Positions 18,503-27,511 of a stretch of DNA of 64,000 nucleotides are shown piece by piece. Within the stretch, counting starts at the first letter, position 1; each line of letters starts with the position of its first letter. The position numbers were made by a program, and so were the translations under genes. Under the pieces are notes generated by a model. It saw nothing but the letters and a program-made list of their open reading frames with translations, did not search any database and had not been told where the DNA came from. Origin of the DNA: an uncultured bacterium (GTDB lineage Bacteria; Krumholzibacteriota; Krumholzibacteriia; Krumholzibacteriales; Krumholzibacteriaceae); assembly GCA_963813815.1 (NCBI GenBank), contig CAWFAD010000007.1:1-64000 (forward strand). Reading direction: 5' to 3'.

Positions 18503-20067
18503 AAGTCGAGAAACAGCCGCCGCTCCTCGGAGCGGCTCTCGTTCACGGCCGTCACCCGGATCGCGGGCAGGTCGGCGACGGGGCATTTGTTCTCGCAGAT
18601 GCCGCAGCCGATGCAGAGCTCGGGCTTCACGACGGGCTTCTTGAGGATAAACTCCTCGCCCCGCTCATCGATCGCCTTCTCCTCGACGAACGTGATCGCC
18701 TTTTCCGGCGTCGGGCAGTGCTCCTCGCAGACGATGCAGCTTCGCCCGAAAGCGTAGGGAATGCACCGGGTCGTGTCGACGAAGGCGAGCCCGATGTGTA
18801 TCTCCTGCTTTTCCTCGACGCCGACGGGGCGGATGGCTCCCGTCGGGCAGACCTGCGAGCAGAGGTTGCAGCCGTACTCGCAGTAGCCGAGCCGCGGGAC
18901 GAGGATCGGAGTCCAGAGCCCCTCGAGCCCCGCCTCGGCGAAGGTGGGATGGAGCCCGTTCGTGAGACACACCTTCATGCATTCTCCGCACTTCACGCAG
19001 CGCCGGACGAAGTCTGATTCGGGAAGCGCGCCGGGCGGCCTGATGAGGAGCGGATCGGTGCGCTTGCGGTGAACCCCCGCGGCGAGCGCGGGAACGACGA
19101 CGAGCGCCCCGGCGCCGCTCGCGAGCAGCCACCGGCGCTCGAGATCGACGTTGCCGCCGCCGGTGCGGGCCGTCGTCCGCCGGATCGATATCGCCTCCGC
19201 GGGGCAGATCTCGCGGCAGTTCCAGCACGCGAGGCATTCCCGGCTCGCCCATTTCCCCGAGGGGAACGGCGTCGCGTCTCCCTGGCAGGCGACGACGCAT
19301 TTGCGGCACGAGACGCATTTCGAGCCGTCGTTCGCGACCCGCGCGCATATCTGCTTCGTCCCGACGAGGCCGAGGAGCGCGCCGAGCGGGCAGAGATACC
19401 GGCACCAGAATCTCGGCGCGAGCAGATTGAGCCCGAGGATCGCGGTGAAAAGGAGCCCGATGAAGAGCGCCTGCCGGAAGACCGGCTGCTCGAACGCGAG
19501 GACGGTGCCGACCATCGCCGAGTAGAGGGCGTCGGCGGCGGGGCTCGCGTACGGGACGCCGAGCCCGTATACGAACTCGAAGACCGAACGAGCCGCCGCG
19601 TTGATCGCGGGATTGTACCCGATCGCGAGCGAGCGGATCGTGAGGGAAATGGGGTCGAGGAAGCCCGCCGCGTTCCATCCGAGGGCCGCGGCGGCGAGAA
19701 CGAAGACGAGAATGAAGTATTTTACGGGCCGAAGCCGCTGGTAGCGGCCCTCGGCGCGTCCGGGGGAGAGCCCCCGCATCCTGAGAGCGCCGATCGCGGT
19801 ATGGATCGTTCCGAGCGGGCACACCCACCCGCAGAAGAAGCGGCCGAGAAACGCCGTCAGCGCGATCGTCACGAGCGAGAGGAGAAAAACGGCGCGCACG
19901 GCATGCGAGGCGAGCAGCGCGCTGAGGGCCACGAGCGGGTCGAAATCGAGAAAGAGGCGGACGGGGAGGCCGAGCTCGTTACGCCCCTTGTACTCGGTCT
20001 GCACGAAGAGGTAGACGAAGACGAGGAAGAAAAGGATCTGCGACGCTCTGCGGAGGTTCTTCATCAT
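18499..20067 (-). CDS. Membrane polyferredoxin (NapH/MauN-like fused to NapG/MauM-like 4Fe-4S domains)
   Basis: GRFFCGWVCPLG, RFWCRYLCPLG, several CxxCxxCxxxCP, IRPPGA, CIVCEEHCP. Confidence 0.92.
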   Translation of the reverse strand: MMKNLRRASQILFFLVFVYLFVQTEYKGRNELGLPVRLFLDFDPLVALSALLASHAVRAVFLLSLVTIALTAFLGRFFCGWVCPLGTIHTAIGALRMRGLSPGRAEGRYQRLRPVKYFILVFVLAAAALGWNAAGFLDPISLTIRSLAIGYNPAINAAARSVFEFVYGLGVPYASPAADALYSAMVGTVLAFEQPVFRQALFIGLLFTAILGLNLLAPRFWCRYLCPLGALLGLVGTKQICARVANDGSKCVSCRKCVVACQGDATPFPSGKWASRECLACWNCREICPAEAISIRRTTARTGGGNVDLERRWLLASGAGALVVVPALAAGVHRKRTDPLLIRPPGALPESDFVRRCVKCGECMKVCLTNGLHPTFAEAGLEGLWTPILVPRLGYCEYGCNLCSQVCPTGAIRPVGVEEKQEIHIGLAFVDTTRCIPYAFGRSCIVCEEHCPTPEKAITFVEEKAIDERGEEFILKKPVVKPELCIGCGICENKCPVADLPAIRVTAVNESRSEERRLFLDF

Positions 20068-20070
20068 CCC

Positions 20071-21003
20071 CTATCCGAGGTTGACCTCGACGAAGCCCGC
20101 GCCCCTGAACGCCGCGGTGCCGAGGCCCCGCTTCTCGCCGAGGACGATCGCCGGAAAATCCTCCGGCCGGATGCCGAAGAGCGAGGCGCCGAAGGCGTCG
20201 ATCCGAACCGGATCGGCGCTCGCCGCGACGGTGTCGAGCCGCTCGACGTCCTTCTGGCTACCGCCCTGCGGTCCGTTCGCCTTGAGAATGCGCACCGCGT
20301 CGAGCACGGTGAGCCGCGGCTTGAAGAATGCGGCGAGATCGACGACGCTCTCGGCGAGACGCTGGTGGAGCAGGTTCCGGGCACCGCCGACGATCCCCAT
20401 GAGGTTCTTCATCGACAGGGTGGCGCGCGAGAGGCCGTGATGCTTCGCGATCGGCACGTTGATGATGAGGTCCGCCTCGAGCGCCTGGCGGTAGCAGAGC
20501 CAGTCCTTGAGCACCTCGCCCTTGAGGTTCGCCTTGACGAAATGGCGGTCTTCCATGAAGAGGACGTCCGCGCCGGCGGCCTTCGCGGCCTCGCTGATGC
20601 CGCTCCGCGCGTAGGAGCGCCGCGCGTCATTGCAGGTGTTGTCGGCGACGATCACCTTTTTGGCGCCCGATTCGAGCGCCATCGCGACGAGCGCCGCGAC
20701 GACGGCGGGGTTCGTCGTCGCCGCCTGCTCGGGAGTGCGGTCCCAACCGATGTTCGGCTTCACGAGAACGACGTCGCCGCGCGAAACGAACGACGGCATG
20801 CCGCCGACGAGCTCGACCGCCTTTCGGACGGCGAGCCCGGGATCGGCGCCGCGCACGACCGCCATCCCGCTCCCCGGGGCCGGAGTCGCGATCGTCGGCC
20901 GGTTTTCCTTCGGGGCCGCGAACGCCGGGGAGTGTCGTTTCGGGACGAGCATGCCCGCGGCTCCCGCCGCGAGGGTGAGGATGAAACGGCGTCTATCGAG
21001 CAT
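20071..21003 (-). CDS. DUF362 domain protein with Tat signal peptide
   Basis: MLDRRRFI twin-arginine; VLVKPNIGWDR, TTNP.VV, INVPIAKHH, TLSMKNLMG, DPVRID. Confidence 0.88.
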   Translation of the reverse strand: MLDRRRFILTLAAGAAGMLVPKRHSPAFAAPKENRPTIATPAPGSGMAVVRGADPGLAVRKAVELVGGMPSFVSRGDVVLVKPNIGWDRTPEQAATTNPAVVAALVAMALESGAKKVIVADNTCNDARRSYARSGISEAAKAAGADVLFMEDRHFVKANLKGEVLKDWLCYRQALEADLIINVPIAKHHGLSRATLSMKNLMGIVGGARNLLHQRLAESVVDLAAFFKPRLTVLDAVRILKANGPQGGSQKDVERLDTVAASADPVRIDAFGASLFGIRPEDFPAIVLGEKRGLGTAAFRGAGFVEVNLG

Positions 21004-21064
21004 GCGAGGCACCGCCCTTTCGCGATGCGGAGCGTTCGAGCACGAGCACCAGGCGCCCGAAGCG

Positions 21065-21093
21065 ATTATACAGGCCGCGCCGGCGCCGGTGAA
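21065..21093 (-). promoter_or_regulatory. Sigma70-type promoter for DUF362 operon
   Basis: Minus strand TTCACC-17 nt-TATAAT. Confidence 0.5.
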
Positions 21094-21265
21094 GGAAATT
21101 TCTCGCCGCGCGCCGGAGCGCCCGTGACGATGCGGTATCCCGCGGGCCCGACCGCCCTGAGGACGGGGGCGCTCGATGCGGCGCAATTGAAATCATTCAT
21201 GGACAGTGCGCGGAGCATCGCGTATCTTCCCCTCCGGAAAGGACACTCCCGCAAGGTTGTACGCC

Positions 21266-22447
21266 ATGGATGCGAAGGAATTCCAGCCGAAAGCGTTCTA
21301 CAGGAAGTTCGACGCGCTCCTCTCCGAAATCGGCCGGACGGGCGCCAAGGACCTCAACGTTCTCGTTCTCGACGAGATCATGACGCGGTTCGCTCCCTAC
21401 CTCAAGATCGCGAGCGGATCCCTCTACCGGCTCAAGGGCGGGAGCTACCACAAAGTGAAGGGTCCCGTCGGCGTGCAGGAGGACAGCTGGCCGGATTCAT
21501 TCCGGCGGTCCGACGAGGCGGTGCAGCTCGTCATTCAACACAAGAGCTATATATTCTCCGACGCAGTCGTGCCGCCCTGGGGATCGAGCAGCGTCGGGGT
21601 CGTCATCGGCGAGGAGAACCAGTTCCTCATGGCCTTCCGGCTCGAGAGCGGGTGGGAGAGGGAGATCCTCGAGCTTTCGCTCAACTCGATCCGGAACACG
21701 ATCAACTACATCCGCACCTCCCGCCGCGTGGGCGCGGTGTTCCAGGAAGCGCAGGAGATCCAGAAGAGCCTCCTGCCGAAGAACGATCCCGTTTTCGAGG
21801 GGTACGACATCGCGGGGCGCTCCCTCCCGGCCGAGCTCGTCGGCGGCGATCTCTACGATTACCTCTCCTACGACGGGGACGTTCTCGGAATCGCGATCGG
21901 GGACGCCTCCGGCCACGGGCTGCCCGCCGCGCTGCTCGCCCGAGACGTGTTGACGGGGCTCCGCATGGGCGCCGAGCGCGAGTTCAAGATATCGGGGCTC
22001 GTGGCCAAGCTGAACCGCGTCATCAACGCGAGCACGCTGTCGACGCGGTTCATATCGCTCGTGTTCGGCGAGCTCGAGCGAAACGGCACCTTCGTCTACG
22101 TGAACGCGGGGCACAACCCGCCGATTCTTCTCAAGGAGGGCCGCGTCGAGGAGCTCACGACGGGGGGCACCATCCTCGGCCCCGTGCCGGACGCCTCCTT
22201 CAGACGCGGATTCGCGTTCTTGGAGCGGGGCGACATCATGGTCATGTACACGGACGGGCTCGTGGAGCGCGAGGATGCCTCGGGCGAGCCGTTCGACAAG
22301 CAGCGTCTCATCGATACGGTGAAGGAGTTCAAGGACCGCCCCGCGCTCGCCATCGTCGACGAGATCTTCATCCGGACCTACCACTACGGGGCGAACGAAA
22401 AATGGCGCGACGACGCGACGGCCGTCGTCGTGAAGAGACTCAAGTAG
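21266..22447 (+). CDS. PP2C/SpoIIE (RsbU-like) protein phosphatase with uncharacterised N-terminal domain
   Basis: IQKSLLP, VGGDLYD, IGDASGHGLPAAL, YVNAGH, YTDGLVE, RDDAT. Confidence 0.92.
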   Translation: MDAKEFQPKAFYRKFDALLSEIGRTGAKDLNVLVLDEIMTRFAPYLKIASGSLYRLKGGSYHKVKGPVGVQEDSWPDSFRRSDEAVQLVIQHKSYIFSDAVVPPWGSSSVGVVIGEENQFLMAFRLESGWEREILELSLNSIRNTINYIRTSRRVGAVFQEAQEIQKSLLPKNDPVFEGYDIAGRSLPAELVGGDLYDYLSYDGDVLGIAIGDASGHGLPAALLARDVLTGLRMGAEREFKISGLVAKLNRVINASTLSTRFISLVFGELERNGTFVYVNAGHNPPILLKEGRVEELTTGGTILGPVPDASFRRGFAFLERGDIMVMYTDGLVEREDASGEPFDKQRLIDTVKEFKDRPALAIVDEIFIRTYHYGANEKWRDDATAVVVKRLK

Positions 22448-22513
22448 CTCCGCGACGCTCTTCTGCTCGAACTTGATTTCCGCGATGCCCGCACTGGGGA
22501 GGGGCGTCCGCGC

Positions 22514-22939
22514 TCAAAGGGCGCGGGCGACGAACTCGTCGATTCTCCGCGAGATGTCATCCCTGATGCGGCGCGTCCCGGCGAGCTGCTCGGCCTCGGC
22601 GCCGGCGAGAGTGGCGGGATCTTCGATGCTCCAGTGCTCGGCGACGGGATGTCCAGGGAAGATCGGGCATTCGTCGCGCGCGCTGTCGCAGAGGGTGATC
22701 ACGTAATCGAAGCGCGCGCCGGCGAGCTCCGCGAACCCCTTCGGCGCGGCGCCCGAGACGTCGATGCCGAGCTCGCGCAGGGCCTCGACGACGAGCGGCC
22801 TCACGGCTCGACCCGGGCGCGAGCCGGCGCTTCGGACGTCGAAGCGGTCTCCGGCACGGGCGCGAAGGAGCGCTTCGGCCATCTGGCTCCGCGCGATGTT
22901 GCCGGTGCAGATGAAAAGCACGGATCGTTTCTCCGCCAT
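22514..22939 (-). CDS. arsC: Arsenate reductase, LMW-PTP fold (thioredoxin type)
   Basis: VLFICTGNIARSQMAE P-loop, ITLCD..ECPIFPG, HWSIEDP. Confidence 0.85.
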   Translation of the reverse strand: MAEKRSVLFICTGNIARSQMAEALLRARAGDRFDVRSAGSRPGRAVRPLVVEALRELGIDVSGAAPKGFAELAGARFDYVITLCDSARDECPIFPGHPVAEHWSIEDPATLAGAEAEQLAGTRRIRDDISRRIDEFVARAL

Positions 22940-23031
22940 GGGACCTCCTGTGCGCTGCGAATCGCCGCCGCCAGTATAGCAGGCCCGCGAGGCTCCGTCC
23001 ACGGGGGCGGGATCCGCGACTCCGCGCCGCC

Positions 23032-23060
23032 TTGACGCAGGGGCGCGGAAAAGCTATGCT
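23032..23060 (+). promoter_or_regulatory. Sigma70-type promoter for Lon-like protease operon
   Basis: TTGACG-17 nt-TATGCT. Confidence 0.7.
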
Positions 23061-23163
23061 TACGGAGAGTCCGGCGCATGCCGGGTTGTTTGTGTCCGCC
23101 CCGGTCATGACGCGACCCGGGTACCCTTGACGCGGCGGCCGTCCGGCCGACGGAGGATGCGAC

Positions 23164-25698
23164 ATGAAGAATGCGGTGCGCGCGCGCGAGCTTCCGGTGT
23201 CGAAGCTGCGCCGGCGGTGCGAATCGAAGAACTTCGATTTTCGGACGACCGCCGACATCAAGCCGTGCCAGGATATCATCGGCCAGGATAGAGCGCTCTC
23301 CGCCATCAAGACGGGGCTCAAGCTCGAGCACCGCGGATACAACATCTTCATTACGGGGCTCGCGGGCACGGGGCGCACGACGACGATCAAGCACCTCCTC
23401 GAGCGGCTCGAGAAGAAAGGGCCGATCCCGCCGGACGTCTGCTACATGAACAATTTCCGCAACGGCATGATGCCGCGGTGCATCGAGCTTCCGGCGGGGC
23501 AGGGGAACGAGCTCGACGCCGACATGAACCGTCTCGTCGCCGAGCTCCTGACGAAGATCCCCGCCGTGTTTCAGAGCGACTACTACAAGGGGCGACGGAA
23601 GAGGCTCGTCGAGGAGTTTCAGGCGAGGCAGAAGGACATCGTCGGCGGCTTCGAGAAGGAGCTCGCCGGCGAGGGCTTCACGATGGTGCGGATGCAGATC
23701 GGCCCCATCATCAAGCCCGAGCTCGTGCCCCTCGTTGACGGCAATCCCGTGCAGCTGCCGCAGCTCGAGAAGCTCGTCGAGGAGGGAAAGCTCCCGAAGG
23801 AGAAGGTCAAGACGTACGAGGAATCGGCGGAGAAGCTCTCCGAGCGCATGCAGCAGGTCTACTCGAAGGTGAAGGACCTCGAGCGCGAGGCGAACCGGCT
23901 GCTCGAGAAGCTCGATCGGGAGACCCTCCAGCCGGTGCTGCACGACCTCATCCAGGAGATCGACCGCAAGTACCGGAACGAAGAGCTGTCGCGCGAGCTC
24001 GAGGACGTCGAGTCGGCGCTCATGCGCAAGCTCGACCTCTTCCGCTCGTCGGAGGAAGAGGGACAGCAGCCTGCGGCGGCCGAGACGGGCGAGCGGGAGG
24101 ATCCGTTCCGCGAGTTCCGCGTGAACGTGGTCGTCGACAACTCCGAGACGAAGGCGCCGCCGGTCGTCATCGAGAATTTTCCGAACTTCAGAAATCTTTT
24201 CGGCGCGATCGAGCGGGACATCGTCCTCGGCGGCGTTTCGCGGACGGATCACATGAATATCCGCGCCGGGTCGTTCCACCGCGCGAACGGCGGGCATCTC
24301 GTTCTGAACGCGCTCGACGTGCTCATCGAGCCCGGCGTGTGGCAGAGCCTCAAGCGCACGCTCAAGAGCAGCGAGGCCGTCATCCAGAGCTACGATCCAT
24401 GGAGCCTCATGGGATCGTCCACGCTCAAGCCGGAGCCGATGATGCTCAAGGTGAAGATCGTCCTCATCGGCGACGACTACCTCTACTACCTCCTCTACCA
24501 GCTCGACGAGGATTTCCGCAAAATCTTCAAGATCAAAGCCGAGTTCGACCACGAGGTGAAGTGCAGCGCCGCCGTGATCAAGCAGTACGCGGGCTTCATC
24601 CGGGCGCTCGCCGAGAAGGAGCGCCTCAAGCCCTTCGACCGCCGCGGGGTCTGCGCCCTCGTCGAATACGGCATGCGGCTCGCGGGGCGCCAGAACCGGC
24701 TCTCGACGCGGTTCAGCGAGATCGCGGACGTCATCCGCGAGGCCGACTACAGAGCGCGGGAGAACGGCAACGGCAGCGTCAGGGACACGGACGTCCGCGC
24801 GGCGATACGGCTTCGCAACGAGCGCGTGAACCTCATCGAGGACAAGATCCAGGAGCGTATCGACGATGGGACGCTCATGATCGACACCGCCGGCTCGGTC
24901 GTCGGCCAGGTCAACGGGCTTTCCGTGTACGACCTCGGCGACTACATGTTCGGCCGCCCCTCGCGCATCACCGCGCGCACCTCGCTCGGCAACGCGGGGG
25001 TCATCAATATCGAACGCGAGGCCGATCTCAGCGGCCGAACGCACAACAAGGGCGTTCTCATACTCGGCGGCTATCTCCGCGGCACGTACGGCCGCCGGCA
25101 GCCGCTCGCGATGAGCGCGAGCCTCTGTTTCGAGCAGAGCTACGGCGGCGTCGACGGCGACAGCGCCTCCTCGACGGAGCTCTACGCGATTCTGTCGAGC
25201 ATCAGCGAGCTGCCGCTGCGGCAGGATATCGCGGTGACGGGATCGATCAACCAGAAGGGCGAGATTCAGCCCATCGGGGGCGTGAACGAGAAGATCGAGG
25301 GATTCTTCCGCGTGTGCAAGGCTCGGGGGCTCGCCGGCACCGAAGGTGTGATCATCCCCGAGCAGAACGTCGGCGATCTGATGCTCGACGAGGAGATCGT
25401 GGAAGCGGTCTCGCGGCGGAAGTTTCACGTCTATCCGGTGAGCTCGGTCGACGAGGGGATCGCGATTCTCACGGGAATCCCGGCCGGCAAGCCGTCCTCG
25501 GAAGGCGTTTACCCCAAGAAAACGGTGCATCGCATCGTGCAGGACCGTCTCGCCGAGATGGCCCGGCTGTGGAACGATTACGAAAAGGGCCGCGGCGCGA
25601 AAAAGGAAAAAGCGGGAGACAAGAGCCGAAGGCCCGCGGGCAAACGGAAAGGCGTTCGAAGAGCTCCGGCGAGGCGCCCGCGGGCGTCCGGGCGATGA
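23164..25698 (+). CDS. Lon-like protease, LonC type
   Basis: IGQDRA, GLAGTGR (atypical Walker A), AGSFHRANGG, VGQVNGL, FEQSYGGVDGDSASS (Ser), IGGVNEKIEGFF (Lys). Confidence 0.93.
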   Translation: MKNAVRARELPVSKLRRRCESKNFDFRTTADIKPCQDIIGQDRALSAIKTGLKLEHRGYNIFITGLAGTGRTTTIKHLLERLEKKGPIPPDVCYMNNFRNGMMPRCIELPAGQGNELDADMNRLVAELLTKIPAVFQSDYYKGRRKRLVEEFQARQKDIVGGFEKELAGEGFTMVRMQIGPIIKPELVPLVDGNPVQLPQLEKLVEEGKLPKEKVKTYEESAEKLSERMQQVYSKVKDLEREANRLLEKLDRETLQPVLHDLIQEIDRKYRNEELSRELEDVESALMRKLDLFRSSEEEGQQPAAAETGEREDPFREFRVNVVVDNSETKAPPVVIENFPNFRNLFGAIERDIVLGGVSRTDHMNIRAGSFHRANGGHLVLNALDVLIEPGVWQSLKRTLKSSEAVIQSYDPWSLMGSSTLKPEPMMLKVKIVLIGDDYLYYLLYQLDEDFRKIFKIKAEFDHEVKCSAAVIKQYAGFIRALAEKERLKPFDRRGVCALVEYGMRLAGRQNRLSTRFSEIADVIREADYRARENGNGSVRDTDVRAAIRLRNERVNLIEDKIQERIDDGTLMIDTAGSVVGQVNGLSVYDLGDYMFGRPSRITARTSLGNAGVINIEREADLSGRTHNKGVLILGGYLRGTYGRRQPLAMSASLCFEQSYGGVDGDSASSTELYAILSSISELPLRQDIAVTGSINQKGEIQPIGGVNEKIEGFFRVCKARGLAGTEGVIIPEQNVGDLMLDEEIVEAVSRRKFHVYPVSSVDEGIAILTGIPAGKPSSEGVYPKKTVHRIVQDRLAEMARLWNDYEKGRGAKKEKAGDKSRRPAGKRKGVRRAPARRPRASGR

Positions 25699-25708
25699 GG
25701 AGATCAAC

Positions 25709-27010
25709 ATGAAAATTCGATTGCTCGTTGCGGCGGCGGCCCTCGCGGCGGCCGCGGCGCTCGCCGCGGGGTGCGGCAAGAAGCAGCAGGAAGCGGCGAC
25801 GCCCGCCTCGGTTCCCGTGAACGTCAATCTCGTCAAGAATCCCTCCTTCGAGGCCTGGAACGGCACCGTGCCGATGGGCTGGAAGCTCGAGTTCATAGAG
25901 GGCGGCGGCAAGCGGCCGAACATGTACGGGCAATCGTCCGAGGAGAAGCGGAGCGGATCGTACTCGTTCTACCTGCGCGGCTTCTACAACGTCGACAAAT
26001 GGATAGCCCTCACGCAGCGCCATCCCGTCCTTCCGGGATACCGGCTGCGGTACGGGGGCGAGATGAAATCGAAGGATATCAAGAAGAGCCGCGGGCAAGA
26101 GACGCGAGCGAACATCTACATACGTTTCTTCGACCAAGACGGCAAGCGCGTGAACGAGAGCCGCTGGGCCGACGGACAGACCCGGTACCTCACCGGCACG
26201 ACCGATTGGCGGAAGCGGAGCCGCCGCGTCGACGTTCCGAAGGAGGCGCGGACGGTCGAAATCGGCCTCGTCTGCCAGATGACGGGATGGGCCTTTTTCG
26301 ACGACATCGAGCTCATGCTCGAAGAGCCCCTTCCCTGGCAAAAGGTCGAAACGAAATACGTCGATTTCTTTTTCTTCGAGGAGCATCCCTTCCCCGAAGG
26401 CGCGGTCGAGCGGGAGGCGAAGTACGTCGAGAAGGCGGTGAAGAAGCTCGCGCTCGACCCGCAGGCCGAGGAGCGAATCAGCTACTACTACTATCCGTCC
26501 GAAGAGAAGTTCGAGGAGATCAAGGGTGGGGAGATGGGACCGACGCACAGCCGGATGATCGTCTCCTCCCACGAGCTGCATACGACGAGGTCGTACGACG
26601 AGCACGAGATCGTCCACCTCCTCCTCGAGCCGCTGGGTTATCCGCCGTTCGGTCTCGCCGAAGGCGCCGTCTTCCACGCCATCGGGTCGTGGGAGGGAGG
26701 GCGCAACGTCCACATGATGGCCAAGGAGCTTCTGGTCGGGAAGCGGCTTCCCGCGCTCTATCACATCGTCTCGCAGAAGGCGATGAACGACACCGGTCTC
26801 ATTGTCTCCGTCCCCGGCTGGGCGTCGTTCAGCATGTGGCTGATCGATCGCCACGGCATCGACTCCTTCATGAAGCTGTACGTCGGAACGAACGAGGTCG
26901 AGGACGCCGCGTCGTTCAGGGTACGCTTCAAATCGGTCTACGGCAGGGAGTTCGAGGAGATGGACCGGGAGTGGCGCCTCTGGGTGCTCCGGTACCAGCC
27001 GAAGGTATGA
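25709..27010 (+). CDS. Lipoprotein with carbohydrate-binding-like (CBM4/9-type) domain and C-terminal HEXXH peptidase-like domain
   Basis: GAGGAG RBS; lipobox LAAGC; NLVKNPSFE...GTTDW...AFFDDIEL jelly-roll signature; HEIVH and LAEGAV. Confidence 0.72.
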   Translation: MKIRLLVAAAALAAAAALAAGCGKKQQEAATPASVPVNVNLVKNPSFEAWNGTVPMGWKLEFIEGGGKRPNMYGQSSEEKRSGSYSFYLRGFYNVDKWIALTQRHPVLPGYRLRYGGEMKSKDIKKSRGQETRANIYIRFFDQDGKRVNESRWADGQTRYLTGTTDWRKRSRRVDVPKEARTVEIGLVCQMTGWAFFDDIELMLEEPLPWQKVETKYVDFFFFEEHPFPEGAVEREAKYVEKAVKKLALDPQAEERISYYYYPSEEKFEEIKGGEMGPTHSRMIVSSHELHTTRSYDEHEIVHLLLEPLGYPPFGLAEGAVFHAIGSWEGGRNVHMMAKELLVGKRLPALYHIVSQKAMNDTGLIVSVPGWASFSMWLIDRHGIDSFMKLYVGTNEVEDAASFRVRFKSVYGREFEEMDREWRLWVLRYQPKV

Positions 27011-27504
27011 GCGCCTCATTCGTCTTCTGCCCGCTCTGCGCCACCCGCCTCGCGGAGGCGCGGGACGGGGATCGAACCCGGATGACCTGCGCCGCATGCG
27101 GATTCGTTCACTATCGCAATCCCGCCCCCGCGGCCGGCGTCGCGCTCGTCGAGAACGGCGCGGTGCTCCTCGTCAAGAGGCGCCACGATCCGTACCGCGG
27201 CCTTTGGACGCTTCCGTCGGGATTCGTCGAAGGTGGGGAGGACGTCCGCGAGACGGCCGCTCGCGAGGCGCGCGAGGAGACGGGGCTCGAGGTTTCGATC
27301 GAGGGGCTGCTGTCGGTCGAGACGTGCTTCGACGATCCGCGGGGGGACGCGATCCTCGTGCTGTTTCGGGGACGGCGGACCGGCGGGGCGCTCGCGGCCG
27401 GCGACGACGCCGAGGAAGCCCGGTTCTTTCCGCTCGATTCGCTCCCGCCGATAGCGTTCGAGGCTCACCGGAAGGCGCTCAGGGAGATCGCGGAGACGAT
27501 CTGA
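27007..27504 (+). CDS. NUDIX hydrolase with N-terminal zinc ribbon
   Basis: FCPLCA..CAACGFVHYRNP; GFVEGGEDVRETAAREAREETGL Nudix box. Confidence 0.92.
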   Translation: MSASFVFCPLCATRLAEARDGDRTRMTCAACGFVHYRNPAPAAGVALVENGAVLLVKRRHDPYRGLWTLPSGFVEGGEDVRETAAREAREETGLEVSIEGLLSVETCFDDPRGDAILVLFRGRRTGGALAAGDDAEEARFFPLDSLPPIAFEAHRKALREIAETI

Positions 27505-27511
27505 CGCTCTC

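Noticed and set aside
19069..22476. 1135-aa plus-strand ORF
   Set aside because: Low-complexity Arg/Ala/Gly translation overlapping three well-supported genes; high-GC shadow ORF
22801..25923. 1040-aa minus-strand ORF
   Set aside because: Antisense to lonC with no motifs; a codon-bias artefact
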